The notes below the pieces were generated by a model. It saw only the letters and a list, made by a program, of their open reading frames with translations, had not been told where the DNA came from and did not search any database. Position numbers and translations under genes: made by a program. A DNA stretch of 63,643 bases, the filler included, from Kipferlia bialata (taxonomy: Eukaryota), in the NCBI GenBank assembly GCA_003568945.1. It is 3 parts of 3 records of this genome, joined end to end, with 100 filler letters (N's around TTAATTAATTAA, not from the genome) between each part and the next. Parts side by side here need not be neighbours in the genome. Positions count along the whole stretch, not along the records: positions 21,261 to 42,402 come from BDIP01000336.1; 2 more parts are not named here. One strand, 5' to 3'. Within the stretch, counting starts at the first letter, position 1, and each line of letters opens with the position of its first letter. This document shows, in pieces, positions 28,123-41,777 of the stretch.

Positions 28123-29195
28123 CATAGACCTTGAGGGCCACACCGCCTGGAGAGTTAGAGGCAATCATACAATATATGCACAGATAGAGTGTGTGAGAGG
28201 GAGATACACACTAAAACACTACATGTCTGGATACCTGTGTTCCCTGCACCCCCTCAATATATCTGTCTATATATATAATCTATATATATTCCATATATAT
28301 ATGTGTACCTGTGTTCCCGCACCCCCGACTGGGAGTGTGTCACCCACATATATCTATCTATATATCTGTCTATATATATAAAGACTATATATGTGTACTG
28401 TCTATATATATAGTATATGTGTACCTGTGTTTCCTGCACCCCCCACTGGGAGTGTGTCACCCACATACACAAACCCATGCTGCTCGCCCTGAAGGTGAGG
28501 GACACAAGACTACAAGACAGTAATCATACACATCCTCTATACCTTCCTCCATGTGACGTTGACTGAGCCTAGGAACAATTAGAGACAATATACATAATAT
28601 ACATACATACATACATAATGTATGTACCATATACTCCATACCTTCTTCCATGTGACGTTGACTGAGCCTAGGAACAATTAGAGACAATATATAATATACA
28701 TACATACATAATGTATGTACCATATACTCCATACCTTCCTCCATGTGACGTTGACTGACCCTGGCCACCTGGTGGAGAGGGCAGCCACAATGCCCTGGGG
28801 GTAAGGTCAGTCTATACTATGAATAAATACATATATATATATAGTCAGAGAGAGAGAGAGAGACCTGGAGGAGAGAGCCGCCACAATGCCCTGGGGGTGA
28901 GGTATAGTGTGTTCAAGTATAAAGCGTGAATGAATATTCATTTATACAAATATATTGACGTTGAGAGAGAGAGAGACAAACCTGGTGGAGAATCTCCGGG
29001 TAAGGAAGGATATCAGTTAAGATCACTATATAAAAGTATATTCATCCACCATAAATACAGTGTGGTCCTCTTCAAGCATACATCAATACATAACACTCAC
29101 CACAAACACGTATGTATACATATATACGTATCTAGATATTCATACCTGTCTCTGTGAGTGGGGTGTCCTTCTGAAGGACCAGGCGTCCAGGGACC
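26734..29195 (-). CDS. RSPH4A: Radial spoke head protein 4/6-like, C-terminal part; 5' end in gap
   Basis: SLDAWSFRR...[31 protein letters not shown]...[24 protein letters not shown]...[10 protein letters not shown]. This matches the RSP4/6 pattern W...S..WPG....YIG..Y.PP...E...DP plus an acidic tail. Confidence 0.65.
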
Positions 29196-29204
29196 TGGGG
29201 TAAA

Positions 29205-29238
<34 letters not shown>

Positions 29239-30099
29239 GAGAGAAAAGAGNNNNNNNNNNNNNNNNNNNNNNNNNNNNNNNNNNNNNNNNNNNNNNNNNN
29301 NNNNNNNNNNNNNNNNNNNNNNNNNNNNNNNNNNNNNNNNNNNNNNNNNNNNNNNNNNNNNNNNNNNNNNNNNNNNNNNNNNNNNNNNNNNNNNNNNNNN
29401 NNNNNNNNNNNNNNNNNNNNNNNNNNNNNNNNNNNNNNNNNNNNNNNNNNNNNNNNNNNNNNNNNNNNNNNNNNNNNNNNNNNNNNNNNNNNNNNNNNNN
29501 NNNNNNNNNNNNNNNNNNNNNNNNNNNNNNNNNNNNNNNNNNNNNNNNNNNNNNNNNNNNNNNNNNNNNNNNNNNNNNNNNNNNNNNNNNNNNNNNNNNN
29601 NNNNNNNNNNNNNNNNNNNNNNNNNNNNNNNNNNNNNNNNNNNNNNNNNNNNNNNNNNNNNNNNNNNNNNNNNNNNNNNNNNNNNNNNNNNNNNNNNNNN
29701 NNNNNNNNNNNNNNNNNNNNNNNNNNNNNNNNNNNNNNNNNNNNNNNNNNNNNNNNNNNNNNNNNNNNNNNNNNNNNNNNNNNNNNNNNNNNNNNNNNNN
29801 NNNNNNNNNNNNNNNNNNNNNNNNNNNNNNNNNNNNNNNNNNNNNNNNNNNNNNNNNNNNNNNNNNNNNNNNNNNNNNNNNNNNNNNNNNNNNNNNNNNN
29901 NNNNNNNNNNNNNNNNNNNNNNNNNNNNNNNNNNNNNNNNNNNNNNNNNNNNNNNNNNNNNNNNNNNNNNNNNNNNNNNNNNNNNNNNNNNNNNNNNNNN
30001 NNNNNNNNNNNNNNNNNNNNNNNNNNNNNNNNNNNTTTTTTTTTGGGGTGGGCCCCCCCCCCCCCCCCCCCCCCCTCTTCCATATCATCTCCTCCCCAG

Positions 30100-33000
30100 T
30101 GTCAGTAGGGTTACTACTACAGCCTTCACACCATCTATCCATTGACTCCGTATATATCGAAGCATACGAACACAAATTATTACCCACTGGATTCTCCCTC
30201 TCTTGTGCTCCCAACTGTGTGTCTCTCTCTCTCTCTCTCTCTACATCTAACCCCCCAGACCTGACCCCCCCTCTGTCCCAGGACGAGTGCCGCACCCTGA
30301 GTGATGTGGTCACTGGGGTGGTGGAGAATGGGAAGCTCATTCAGGTGTGATATGTAGTATAGTGGAGACAGGGGTGGTTGAGAACGGAAAGCTGATACAG
30401 TTACTCTTTGTGCCATATATGCGCACTAGAGTAGTGTCCACCCTATCCCGCCCTCACCCCAGCCCCTGGTTGCCCTCCTGTACAAGCGCAATCCATCCTT
30501 CGTGCCATCTGATATGGTAGGGGGATATAGGAATAGTGTCATCGTTATTAGGCTAGGGTTTCATTAACAGAATGTCCTTCCACAGTCGCTTCTTGTTTGT
30601 TGTGTATTATGCACATTTACGACTGTCTATACCCACCCCCCTCACCCCCCCAGGTGCTGTACAAGGTGCTGGTCTATGTCCTCTTCTTCAGCTGTGTGGA
30701 ACTCGGGTTCGGACACGCAAGGTATGGGCGGTGTATTCAGCAATTGTATATATACCTCACTCCCCCACATGATTTCTGGCATCCACTTACACATGTGTAT
30801 AATTATGAATCCATATACCTTCCAAGTGTATTCACTATACATCCCCTACCCCAGGTCCATGATGTCTGGGATCCATATACATCTGTATATGATTATGTCA
30901 TATATGTATATACTTCCCTTAATGTCAGGTCCATGATGTCTGGGATCCAGTCCACCAAGGTGACACCGGTGCTGCAGCTCATATACGAGGAGGTACGGGC
31001 AGTATGTAAGAGTAATAGTGCTCTCTCTGTCTCTCTCTCTCTATATATATTTCTATATACACTGTACACTCCCCTCACCCCCCCAGTCCACTCTCCTTAT
31101 GTATATATATAGATACATATACTATCATCTCACCCCAGTCCACTGTGCCAGAGCACCACTCCGGCACACACAACGATCTGGCTGGGGCCTCATTCGCAGG
31201 TGGGGGCAGTCATCTATAACCATGTATACATCTGTATACACCCACCCCAGACGACGTGACCAGGGTCATTGCCACTGTGTATGATGTCACATACATCGAG
31301 GAGGTGCTGGTGCCGGCCGTGCTGCAGGTGGGCGTATAAATATTCGTAAATATGGGTGTGCATGTACATATATGGGAATATGGCACAGATGACCCAAGTC
31401 TCTTCATGTATGTCTCACCCCTTACCCCCCAGTACCACTCCGAGGCCATCAGGCTGCTGCTCAGACTCAGAGAGGTATGAGAGTAAAGCCAAAGCCAATG
31501 CATTACGAGATCACTCTTACTATGGGTTCAATTCTGTTGGAGAGGCTCCCCTCACACAACAGGGGGATACATTGTATTTATGTATTTTCAGAGTGTCCTT
31601 ACCCCCTCAGGTTGGTGGCCGTGCCAAGGCTGCCTTCCTGCCCGTCAAGCAGGCCGTGCCCAGACCCACTACCACAGCTGCACCCTTCAACGTGACACAG
31701 CATGCTAGGGTGGTCAAGGTATAGATAGATAGATATATACATAGAGTGTTATATGATATATGTATATATATATATATATAATAGTATATATATATACCAC
31801 AGCTGCACCCTTCAACGTGACACAGCACGCCAGGGTGGTCAAGGTATATATATGTATTGTATACGTAAATGTACATGTACATGTATATATATATATATAT
31901 ATATAGTAGTATACAGCTGACCCCCAGGCCGAGGAGTGGGGCAAGGCCAGGGAGGAGAGGGAGAGAGATATTGTGCGGCAGAGGGAGTCCTTCCAGGCCA
32001 AGCCCATACCCAGGGGGACAAAGGCATCCCTGGACGAGGTGCTCGGGTGGGTGACGATGGTCTATTCATAAAGTCTAATATATATCCTTAGATGAGGTGC
32101 TAGGGTGGCTGGTGGTGTGTAGTGATTGTGCCATAGTTCACACACATATATACAATATATTTGTGTACCTTTATACCCATCCCTCACTCCAGTGACCACA
32201 AGGCCCAGAGGATGGCCAGGGGGACAACAATACCGAGGGTGAGGCCATATTCAATGTGAATGGCTACGCTGAAGGCCCTCTCTCTCTCTCTCTCCATCTA
32301 TTAGTATATATATAGAGCTATATATATATATATATATCCCCACCCCCAGGCCCCTGTGCTGCAGACTGCCTCCCGACCCACCAACCTGGAGCAGGTCAAG
32401 CAGGTATGGACAGTGTATATACATAAATGTGCATAAATAACGCATATATATAAACTTCAATGTATACCTGGAACAGGTCAAGCAGGTATGTTCTACACTG
32501 TACACTGTACATTATACATGATATATACTGTGTACCATACATGCCGCATGTAGTACTTGTATATAACCATGCATACCTGGAGCAGGTCAAGCAGGTAGGA
32601 ATAGTGTATATACAGATATACATATCCATATATGTGCATAAATATATATATAACGCGTATATATAGACACCAATGTATATTTGGAACAGGTCAAGCAGGT
32701 ATGCAATACACTGTACATTATACACTGTATACTATGTACTATACATGCCACATGTGGTACTTGTATATGACCATGTATACCTGCAGCAGGTCAAGCATGT
32801 ATGCACTGTACATTGTATGTATATATGTATATGTGTCCATGTATATACCCCCCCCCCCCCTCCCCACCCTTAGGTTGTTGAGGCAGAGCGGGAGTCCCAC
32901 TTCAGACCACCCACACTCACAGCGGCGCCAAGGAGGTGGGTGCATCATTGGTATCGTATCTATAATTCAGACGTCTCATTGTATGTATATAGTGATGACT

Positions 33001-33466
33001 AGTCTATGTGTGTACAGTGTCTTTCCCATGTCTGACCCAGGTACCAGCCCACCATCTCTCTCTCTCTATATATATATACATACATGCATATAACCCCTCC
33101 CTCACCCAGGTCCCAGCCCTCTGTGCCTGTCAAGAGTACAGTGGCCAGTGTCAAGAGAGCCAGGGCCATGCTCGAGGGGAGGTGGGTACAGTGTGTATGG
33201 AGTGTATATGATACATATACATTTGGTGTGTATCGTATATACATGTCTGTAGCAAGAGAGCAAGGGCCAAGCTCGAGGGGAGGTATATAAATACAGTATG
33301 GTGTGTATCTGCATCTTCGGCTGACCCCCTAGGATTGAGGCCGAGGCAGCCGAGCTTGCTGAGTATGAGACCAACCTGAGGGACAGCAGTGAGTACGAGA
33401 GGTGGAGAACAGAGCAAGAGGCAGACAGAAGGGTGAGGTATGGAGTTAGTGTATACTAGTATATAA

Positions 33467-33498
<32 letters not shown>

Positions 33499-33555
33499 GT
33501 GGAGGACGGAACAGGAGGCAGACAGGAGAGTGAGGTATGGAGGGTAGTGTATAGG

Positions 33556-33590
<35 letters not shown>

Positions 33591-33656
33591 GTGGAGGACG
33601 GAGCAGGAGGCAGACAGGAGAGTGAGGTAGGGGGTAGAAGTGTATACTAGTATATG

Positions 33657-33699
<43 letters not shown>

Positions 33700-34577
33700 G
33701 TGGAGGACAGAGCAGGAGGCAGACAGAAGGGTCAGGTGTGGACCGTCATCCTATTAACGTGACCTAGTCTTCACATCATCATCTCTCTCTCTCTCTCTCT
33801 CTCCCCCTCTACCCTCCAGGGAGGCTGCCTCCATTGTGGACAGAAGACAGAGCGCCAAGGAGGCAGAGCAGGTATGGGTTGAGAGATGTATAGATGTGTA
33901 TCTGTATATGTACATGTATAGGGATAGATAGATGAGATATGTATACAGGAGACAGAGCGCCAAGGAGGCAGAGCAGGTGGGTAGAGATAGATATATATAT
34001 ATATGTGTGTATATATACATAGATGATAATACTATTAAGATGGTATGTATACAGGAGACAGAGCGCCAAGGAGGCAGAGCAGGTGGGTATATATGGGGAC
34101 AAGTACATATTGCATACTTGGGTGTATAGACTGCTATGGTTATTATGTATTTACGTGAGACAGAGTGACATGTGTATAGACTGATGGATATGTATCCCCA
34201 TGTACCCCCCCCCCCCCACCCCAGGTAGCCTCTGAGGCTAGATATGTCATGTGTATAGACTGATTGATTGATTGATATGTATCCCCATGTACCCCCCCCC
34301 CCCACCCCAGGTAGCCTCTGAGGCGAGGTATGTGGCCATGCTGCAGAGACAGCTGGAGGCAGCTGAGTACATTGCATCCCTCAGTGACCAGTTGGCTCAG
34401 GTGCAGACATACATGTATAGCATAGTGTGTATACACGAAGCTATTGTAACACTACACCCCTACCCCCAGGTTGCCGATGCTGACCGAGCCCTGCTTGTCA
34501 AGAAGCAGACCCTGGCCAAGAGACTCAGTGACAGACTGACCAGGGACACAGAGGCAGCGCGGTACGTATATATACAG

Positions 34578-34608
<31 letters not shown>

Positions 34609-34616
34609 ATATACAG

Positions 34617-34647
<31 letters not shown>

Positions 34648-35307
34648 ATAGTATAGGTATAGAGTGACAGACTCACCAGGGACACAGAGGCAGCACGGTA
34701 CGTGTATACACATTGTGTATATACATATTTGTATATGGATACATAATATAGGGATAGAGTGACAGACTGACCAGGGACACAGAGGCAGCGCGGTATGGTG
34801 TATATACTATGTATATACTATGTATATACATGTATATATATAGTATAGGGATAGAGTGACAGGCTGACCAGGGACACAGAGGCAGCGCGGTATGTAGGGG
34901 TATTATATATATATGTGGGTATGAGGATATATATTTGTATATGGATATATAGTAAGGGGATAGAGTGACAGACTGACCAGGGACACAGAGGCTGCACGGT
35001 AAGTAGGGGTATTATATATATATAATGTATATACATGTATATATATTATATAGGGATAGAGTGACAGACTGACCAGGGACACAGAGGCCTCTCGGTACGG
35101 TCTAGCAAATACCATATATACATGTAAGTGTTCTCTGACCCCTCAGTAAGCACCTTGCCTCTGCCAATGCGGCCATCTCTCTCTCTCTCTCTCTCTCTAG
35201 GCNNNNNNNTTGCCTCTGCCAATGCGGCCATCTCTCTCTCTCTCTCTCTCTCTAGGCATATACACATACACTAACTCTTAGCAAGCACCTTGCCTCTGCC
35301 AATGCGG

Positions 35308-35354
<47 letters not shown>

Positions 35355-38204
35355 ATATACATCCTCACCCCAGCAAGCACCTTGCCTCTGCCAATGCGGC
35401 CTGTGCCCATGAGATCAGACAGCAGAGGGTGGTGTCTGAAGAGACCCTGGCCCAGCAGAGACAGGAGGAGAGGGAGGTATCACTGTATATATATATATAG
35501 ATATATATGTGTGGCGCTGGCACAGCAGAGACAGGAGGAGAGGGAGGTATCACTGTATATATATATGTGTGTGTGTATATATGAGTATATCATGGCTATA
35601 TACATATGTTTGTGAGGCACTGGCACAGCAGAGACAGGAGGAGAGGGAGGTATCATGGATATAGAGATATACACACATATGTATGTGAACATTCGTGTAT
35701 TATGAACCCCCCACTCACCCCAGGCCAAGGTTGCCCTGATCCCCTACTTCATATATATACTCATATGCATGGACACATAGTGTATGTATATACTATATAT
35801 ACATACCACTCACCCCAGGCCAAGGTTGCCCTGATCACCCAGATCAGAGCCATGCTCTCCAACCCCAACCCCTCTGTGTCTAGCTATGACCCTGCCACAG
35901 TCTATGGACATGGACTGCTGGAGGAGATGTCACTGGTACGTTGGTAGTCGACATACAGTGTAGTGTAGGTTATGACAGTGTATATACTACGTATATGACC
36001 CGGCCATAGTGTATGGACTGCTAGAAGAGATGTCGCTGGTGGCTCTAGTGTGCATATAGAGTGATCTAGTGTATATATATAGTTCTCCTTTACGCTGACC
36101 CCAAGTTGAGTTTGGGTATAGTGGGTACATATATACATATATATATACATCGATACCATATCTGCTAACCCCCAGGTTGAGCTGAAGGAGAGGCTGAGGC
36201 TGGGCAAGGGGTCCAGGGAGAGACACGAGCAGCACAAGAGGTAGGGGCTGGAATGTGTAAAGATGCTCTTGATACTGGTACCATGCATAGTGTTACCAAC
36301 CCCCCACCCACCTTACCCCTCTAGGTCCATGATCCTGCATATATATACAGTATTAGTATAAGAGTAGATTAGTGTAGTATAGTTGTTGTGGAATTGACCC
36401 TTCCCTCCCCCTCACCCCGAGGTCCATGATCCTCGAGGGCAAGGCACAGGAGAAGGCAGACCTCGCAGGTGGGTGGTGGATACGCTATATACCAAGTATA
36501 TATTCATATGTTCTTCTCTAGGTATTGTATCAAACTGTCTCATATCTTCCTACCCCTCACCCCCCAGGCATCGAGGACATACCAGTGTAAGTATATGTGT
36601 TCATTGTATATGCATCTACCCCTCACCCCCCAGGCATCGAGGACATACCAGTGTAAGTATATGTGTTAATTGTATATGTGTCTACCCCTCACCCCCCAGG
36701 CATTGAGGACAGGTTCAACCAGGCCATCGCCCACCTGGGCAGTGAGAGAAGACAGCTCAAGGGGGCCATAGAGGAGGTGGGTGCAGTGCTACTATATATA
36801 TAAGTATATTGGAGATCACCTTCTTGTTGCGGCTGTCTCTGTACGCTGACCCCCAGGAGAAGCGTGCCTTCCAGCAGATGCTGGACAGTGGCAGTGTGTC
36901 AGACGCTAACCTAGGTGTGTACAGGGCTGTCACACTATGTGTTGTGTGTGTACTTTCTACTGTGTCCCTTCCCCTCACCCCAGGCGAGGAACAGCTGACG
37001 AAGCGGACCCTGCGCCACAGGCACCTCTCGAAGGTATGATTACACACGGTGTATATACATAGGGTTGTATGTCAGTTAACTAGTATATGGTGTTAGTCTC
37101 CCCCCCCCCCACCCCCCCAGGTGTCCAATGAGAAGGCCCAGCTTCTGGCCAGACTGGAACAGGCCAGGGCCCACAAGACTAAGGTGGGGGGGTATACAGC
37201 AGTATGGATGATTTGAGTATAGCATACTATATATACCCAAGACGAAGGTGGGGGGTGGAGTATGGTTTGGGCCTTAGATACACTCTTGACGACACTCACT
37301 TGCAGGCCCAGGCCCAGCACGTAGAGAAGAGAGAGAGGCTGAGGGGACCCGCATACGTCAAGGCGCCCGTGAAGGTAAGGGGGGTAGTGTGTATACATCG
37401 TACATACTGTATACCTTGCACTCACACTATTCACTCCAATGTACCCCCCTACTCACCCAGTCCCGGCCTGCCATGAGTGCCACCAAGAGGGCACAGGATA
37501 AGGCTAGCATCAAGGTAGGTGTATGTGTAGTGTATATGTATTGGTAGTATGTAGTATATATATAGTGTATAGTATAGTAGACAGGAGGGCACAGGACAAG
37601 GCCTGCATAAAGGTGTGTATGTGTATAGTGTGTATATAGGTGTGGTATTTGCATAGTACAAGAATCCTTGAGTAGTTTGACGGTATGTATCATGTATGAA
37701 CTATCATAAACATGATGAATCTCTGTGCCTCACCTAGCGTCTGGACACCAGCACACATGATTATATATATAGATATACATACATGATTATTACTTCACTC
37801 TCTGTCTGCACCCCCAGCCCCTAGCGTCTTGATGTGCATACATCCCTATCTATATGTAATCATGCCCTCCACCCCCACCCCCAGCGCCTTGACGATGAGG
37901 CCAGGGAGAGAGACAGGCTCAACAGACAGAGATACCAGATACAGACCAAGCTGAAGCAGGTGAGTATATTGGTTACATATCAATGAGAATGTGGTTATAC
38001 AGGTGGAAGATACCAGATACAGACAAAGCTGAAGCAGGTGCGGTAGATATGCCAAGATGTATATTTGCCACATATTGGAGAGAGTACGTGACCCCATTTC
38101 TCTCTCACCCCCAGGGCAAGACATTAACCAAGAGAGAGAGAGAGGCGTTACAGAGAGACAAGGAGAACTCGAGTGTCAAGGCACGGTTCCAGTCTCTGGC
38201 CTAG
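30100..38204 (+). CDS. CFAP99: Cilia- and flagella-associated protein 99-like; many exons, start uncertain
   Basis: DMVLYKVLVYVLFFSCVELGF; VYDVTYIEEVLVP; TTAAPFNVT; ELAEYETNLRDSSEYERWR; long coiled coil; YDPATVYGHGLLEEMSLVELKERLRL. Ends QSLA* at 38204 with AATAAA at ~38282. Confidence 0.75.
34527..35096 (+). repeat. Donor-side exon echo array (real exon end plus 5 copies)
   Basis: AGTGACAGACTGACCAGGGACACAGAGGCAGCGCG|GT is repeated about every 95-135 bp, separated by TA-rich filler. Confidence 0.95.
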
Positions 38205-38963
38205 ATACCAGTGTGTGTTGCATGTATGTGTGTATGAGTAGGTATAGGGTGCGTTGGTCTCGTTATTACAAGCCTGTCTTCAATAAACAATGCCCCCTGT
38301 GTGTGTGGTATCCATGATGCAGATCGGTAGCCAAGGGTATCGAGTCCAAATCGGTGTGTTGCTTGCGCAGTGAGTTATAGTTTAGTTTTACTTCATCTTA
38401 TCTCCGCCCCCAGCAACGCTTGGCGCCTCCGCCCCGGCAGGGAAGACATTGGCGCCTTGCCCGATGGGCACCGGAAGACACACAGACACAGATAACCCCC
38501 CACACTCTCCCCCCCAACCCTAGGGCCAGAGAGAGGAGTGAGGAGGGCCGGTGCCCCAGGGGCAAAACACCAATGCATTCCCTGCCGTCACAAGGCGGAG
38601 GCAACCAAGTGTATGCAAGAGGTGGAACAAGAGGAGAGGAGGACCAGCCTGACGTGGATGAACAGGGGTCAACAGTGAAGGCCCCTCCCTCAACAGTTCA
38701 TATGCAACTCGAACCCTGTTTGTACTCCTCATCCTCAACACGCTAGACATTACTGTTGAGTTTACAGTAATGGTGGCGATGCAGACACGTTGGGTACACC
38801 AGAGAGGGATGGTGGGACAGAGAGCCATTCAATATGCAGTGTGTGACAAGCAGAGACTCTCTACTATAGAGACCTTACAATACATTCTGGATAGAGGCCA
38901 CACTATACAGAGAAGCAGTGCCACGGAAAACAAGCAACCCCCACCGAGATACCATCATATAGT

Positions 38964-39944
38964 CTACTCCAGCCTCCCCTGCACCTGTATCCCCTCTGCC
39001 CACCCCGCCTTGCAGTCATATGGGTACATGGTATATGTGTCTACAGGCTTCAGGGCTTGTATCTTATACTTCCCAGCCTCACACTTAGTCTGTAACATGA
39101 CACAGGATGGCCGGAACATGGTGTAGGAGAGCTGTACAAACCAGGGGGGCAGGGACCCACACCTGTGGACATGCCCAGATATGGTATCATACGCATAGTA
39201 CCCTTGGCGGCTGAAGACCATCACATACCTACCCAACCCCACACACTTGGCTGAGGGGCCCCACATGAACCCAGGACTCTCTCCCTGTACAGACAGAGGG
39301 GTCCATACCCTAGTGTGTGCGTTGAAGCAGAGCAGGCAATTCCATTCAGTGTGAGGGGTGTATGCCTCATTACCTACCACAGCCACCATCTCTACCTTCA
39401 TCTGTGGAAACAGACCATCTGGCACGCGCACCCACCCCTCCCCCTCCCTCTCTGGGTTGAAGGTGTATGTGGCATAGGCATCAAGGGTGTCATCCTCAAT
39501 CACTATGTAGAACAGACCGCAGAGAGAGAAGTGGCAGTACACGTCAAGTGTCCACCCCTCATCCCCTGGGAGTAGACAGCCCTCTTCGACAGGGGGGGGA
39601 GGGGGGTGGGCTGACGCCGGGTATTGCACCCCCCTCCACGTCCAGTCATCCAGGCACAATGCATGCATACCCCCCCTCAGCCCTAGCACATAGAGCACAG
39701 AGCCATGGGTGAATACCACACTGCTGAGACAGGGTATGAGGGCATGGGGGACACGCACATCCGAGGCTGACAGGGTGTGGTCTGACAGCAGGGTAAGCAC
39801 CCTGGGGTGGCGCCTCCAGCATGTCTCTATCATTCTGTCACCCCCAATACTCACCAGACCTTTGTGGGATGAGTGAAGCACATGTCTAGAGGCCTCAATG
39901 ACTGGGATAGGGGGCAGGAAGAAGGAAGGGCCCATGCCTCTCAT
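38964..39944 (-). CDS. Intronless kelch/beta-propeller-like lineage-expanded family protein, copy 1 (5' end altered)
   Basis: Long ORF with LYVLGLRGGMHALCLDDWTW, TYTFNPE..GW and YAYDTISG motifs. The first in-frame ATG is at 39944. Confidence 0.7.
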   Translation of the reverse strand: MRGMGPSFFLPPIPVIEASRHVLHSSHKGLVSIGGDRMIETCWRRHPRVLTLLSDHTLSASDVRVPHALIPCLSSVVFTHGSVLYVLGLRGGMHALCLDDWTWRGVQYPASAHPPPPPVEEGCLLPGDEGWTLDVYCHFSLCGLFYIVIEDDTLDAYATYTFNPEREGEGWVRVPDGLFPQMKVEMVAVVGNEAYTPHTEWNCLLCFNAHTRVWTPLSVQGESPGFMWGPSAKCVGLGRYVMVFSRQGYYAYDTISGHVHRCGSLPPWFVQLSYTMFRPSCVMLQTKCEAGKYKIQALKPVDTYTMYPYDCKAGWAEGIQVQGRLE

Positions 39945-40381
39945 AGGGCATGGTGTGGGGATGAGGTGGTGTTGGTGCTCCAGGGTTAGAGAGGCCGACA
40001 CTGACTATGCGTCACATTCCGAATTCATTAGATCAACCCTTGTGACATTCGTGTCTTGGTGCTGTACCCTATTGAATAGGACTCCACAGTGACCGTACTT
40101 GGCACACACCCTGCATCCATACACAGCCTGGCTCAACAGTTCATATGCAACATGACCCTGTTTGCAGCGTATTAACAGTGAGGGCGACCCCGACATTGTT
40201 ATACAACGGAGAGGGATAGTGGCACAGAGAGACATTGAGTATACCATCTCTGGACTCTGCCAAGTGGATAGGACATGTTATAGGCAGTACAATGTATTCT
40301 ACACTATAGGGAAGAGTACACTATACAGAGAAGCAGTGCCACGGATAACAAGCACCCCCCACCCAGATACCATCATATACT

Positions 40382-41449
40382 CTATCCCAGCCTCCCCTGC
40401 ACCTGTATACCCTCTGCCCACCCACCCTCGCAGTCATATGGGTACATGGTATAAATATCTATAGGCTTCAGGGCATGCAGCCTATACTCCCCAGCTCCCT
40501 CACACTTGGTGTGTGGTAAGACACAGGATGGACGGAACATAATTATACACATCATGGCATATGACTGATGTTGATACCAGGAATGGGGGTCCCCACACCT
40601 GAGGACATACCCAGATATGGTATCATACGCATAGTACCCTTTCCCACAGAAGACAAGCACATACCTACCGACCCCCACACACTTGGCTGTTCGGCCCCAT
40701 AGTAACCCTGGAGTCTCCTCCTGTATATATAGAGGGATCCACTCCCTAGTGTGTGCGTCAAAGCAGAGGAGGCTGTTCCACTTTCTGTTGGGTGTGTATG
40801 CTCTGTCCCCTACTACAGCCACACTCTCTACACTCATCTCTGGGAACAGGGCATCAGGCACACACGCCCACCCCTCCCCCTCGCTCTCTGGGTTGAAGGT
40901 GTATGTGACCAGGGGGCAGTGGGGGTGATGCTCAATGACTATGTAGAACAGACCACAGAGGGAGAAGTGACAGCACACCTCAAGAGTCCTCCCTCCTACC
41001 TGTGGGAAAAGAGAGTACTGTGTCTCAGGAGAGGCAGGCGGTCTGCATGAGGCCGGGTACTGCACCTCCCTCCACGTCCAGTCATCCAGAGAGAGGGCAT
41101 GCATACCACCCCTCAGGCCTAGCACATAGAGCTCAGAGCCATGGTGGAATGTGACACTGCTGAGACAGGGCAGGAGGGCAGGGGGGACATGCACATCCAA
41201 GGCAGACAGGGTGTGGTCTGACAGCAGGGTAAGCACCCTGGGGTGGTGCCTCCAGCAGGTCTCTATCATGCTGTCACCCCCAATGCTCACCAGCCACTTG
41301 GAGGATGAGTGAAGCACATGTCTAGAGCCCTCACTGAGTGGGACGGGGGGCAGGAAGAAGGAAGGACCCATGCCTCTCATAGGGCATGGTGTGTGGGGGC
41401 GAGGTGGTGTTGGTGCTCCAAGGTTAGAGAAGAGGCCGACACTGACCAT
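40382..41449 (-). CDS. Intronless kelch/beta-propeller-like family protein, copy 2
   Basis: 355-aa ORF colinear with and highly similar to 38964-39944. Confidence 0.8.
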   Translation of the reverse strand: MVSVGLFSNLGAPTPPRPHTPCPMRGMGPSFFLPPVPLSEGSRHVLHSSSKWLVSIGGDSMIETCWRHHPRVLTLLSDHTLSALDVHVPPALLPCLSSVTFHHGSELYVLGLRGGMHALSLDDWTWREVQYPASCRPPASPETQYSLFPQVGGRTLEVCCHFSLCGLFYIVIEHHPHCPLVTYTFNPESEGEGWACVPDALFPEMSVESVAVVGDRAYTPNRKWNSLLCFDAHTREWIPLYIQEETPGLLWGRTAKCVGVGRYVLVFCGKGYYAYDTISGYVLRCGDPHSWYQHQSYAMMCIIMFRPSCVLPHTKCEGAGEYRLHALKPIDIYTMYPYDCEGGWAEGIQVQGRLG

Positions 41450-41777
41450 GCGTCACATTCCGTATATATTCATTAGATCAACCCTTGTGACATTCGTGTC
41501 TTGGTGCTGGTGGTCTCTATAGATTCTACTCCTCTACAGTAACCTGTCATGACTGGAAGCTGTTGAGAGATGGCCATTGGATAAGGGGGATAGTCACTGT
41601 AGAGAGCGTATGACGTGTGGTCATGGGATGGTAGAGGGCCTCTCTCGCTTGTCTCTGAGTGTATTCACTGAGAGACATCCACACACCCTCTCTCCTGTCT
41701 GGCACTCTCCCTATTGAATAGGACACCACAGTGACCGTACCCTGCACCCATACCTAGCCTGACACACACCCCAACAC

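Larger units (their letters stand above)
38690..41740. repeat. ~1.44 kb tandem segmental duplication carrying the intronless ORF pair
   Basis: CTCAACAGTTCATATGCAAC at ~38690 and ~40132. ATTCATTAGATCAACCCTTGTGACATTCGTGTCTTGGTGCTG at ~40023 and ~41468. CCCTATTGAATAGGAC at ~40067 and ~41710. Confidence 0.9.

Noticed and set aside
34527..35096. CRISPR-like repeat-spacer appearance of echo arrays (also 49668-50345)
   Set aside because: The repeats are copies of adjacent exon ends with splice sites, the spacers are TA/TC microsatellite filler, the context is eukaryotic and there are no cas genes.
38393..38828. GC-rich ORFs between CFAP99 and the duplicated pair
   Set aside because: No ATG-led spliced model or recognisable motif could be built.
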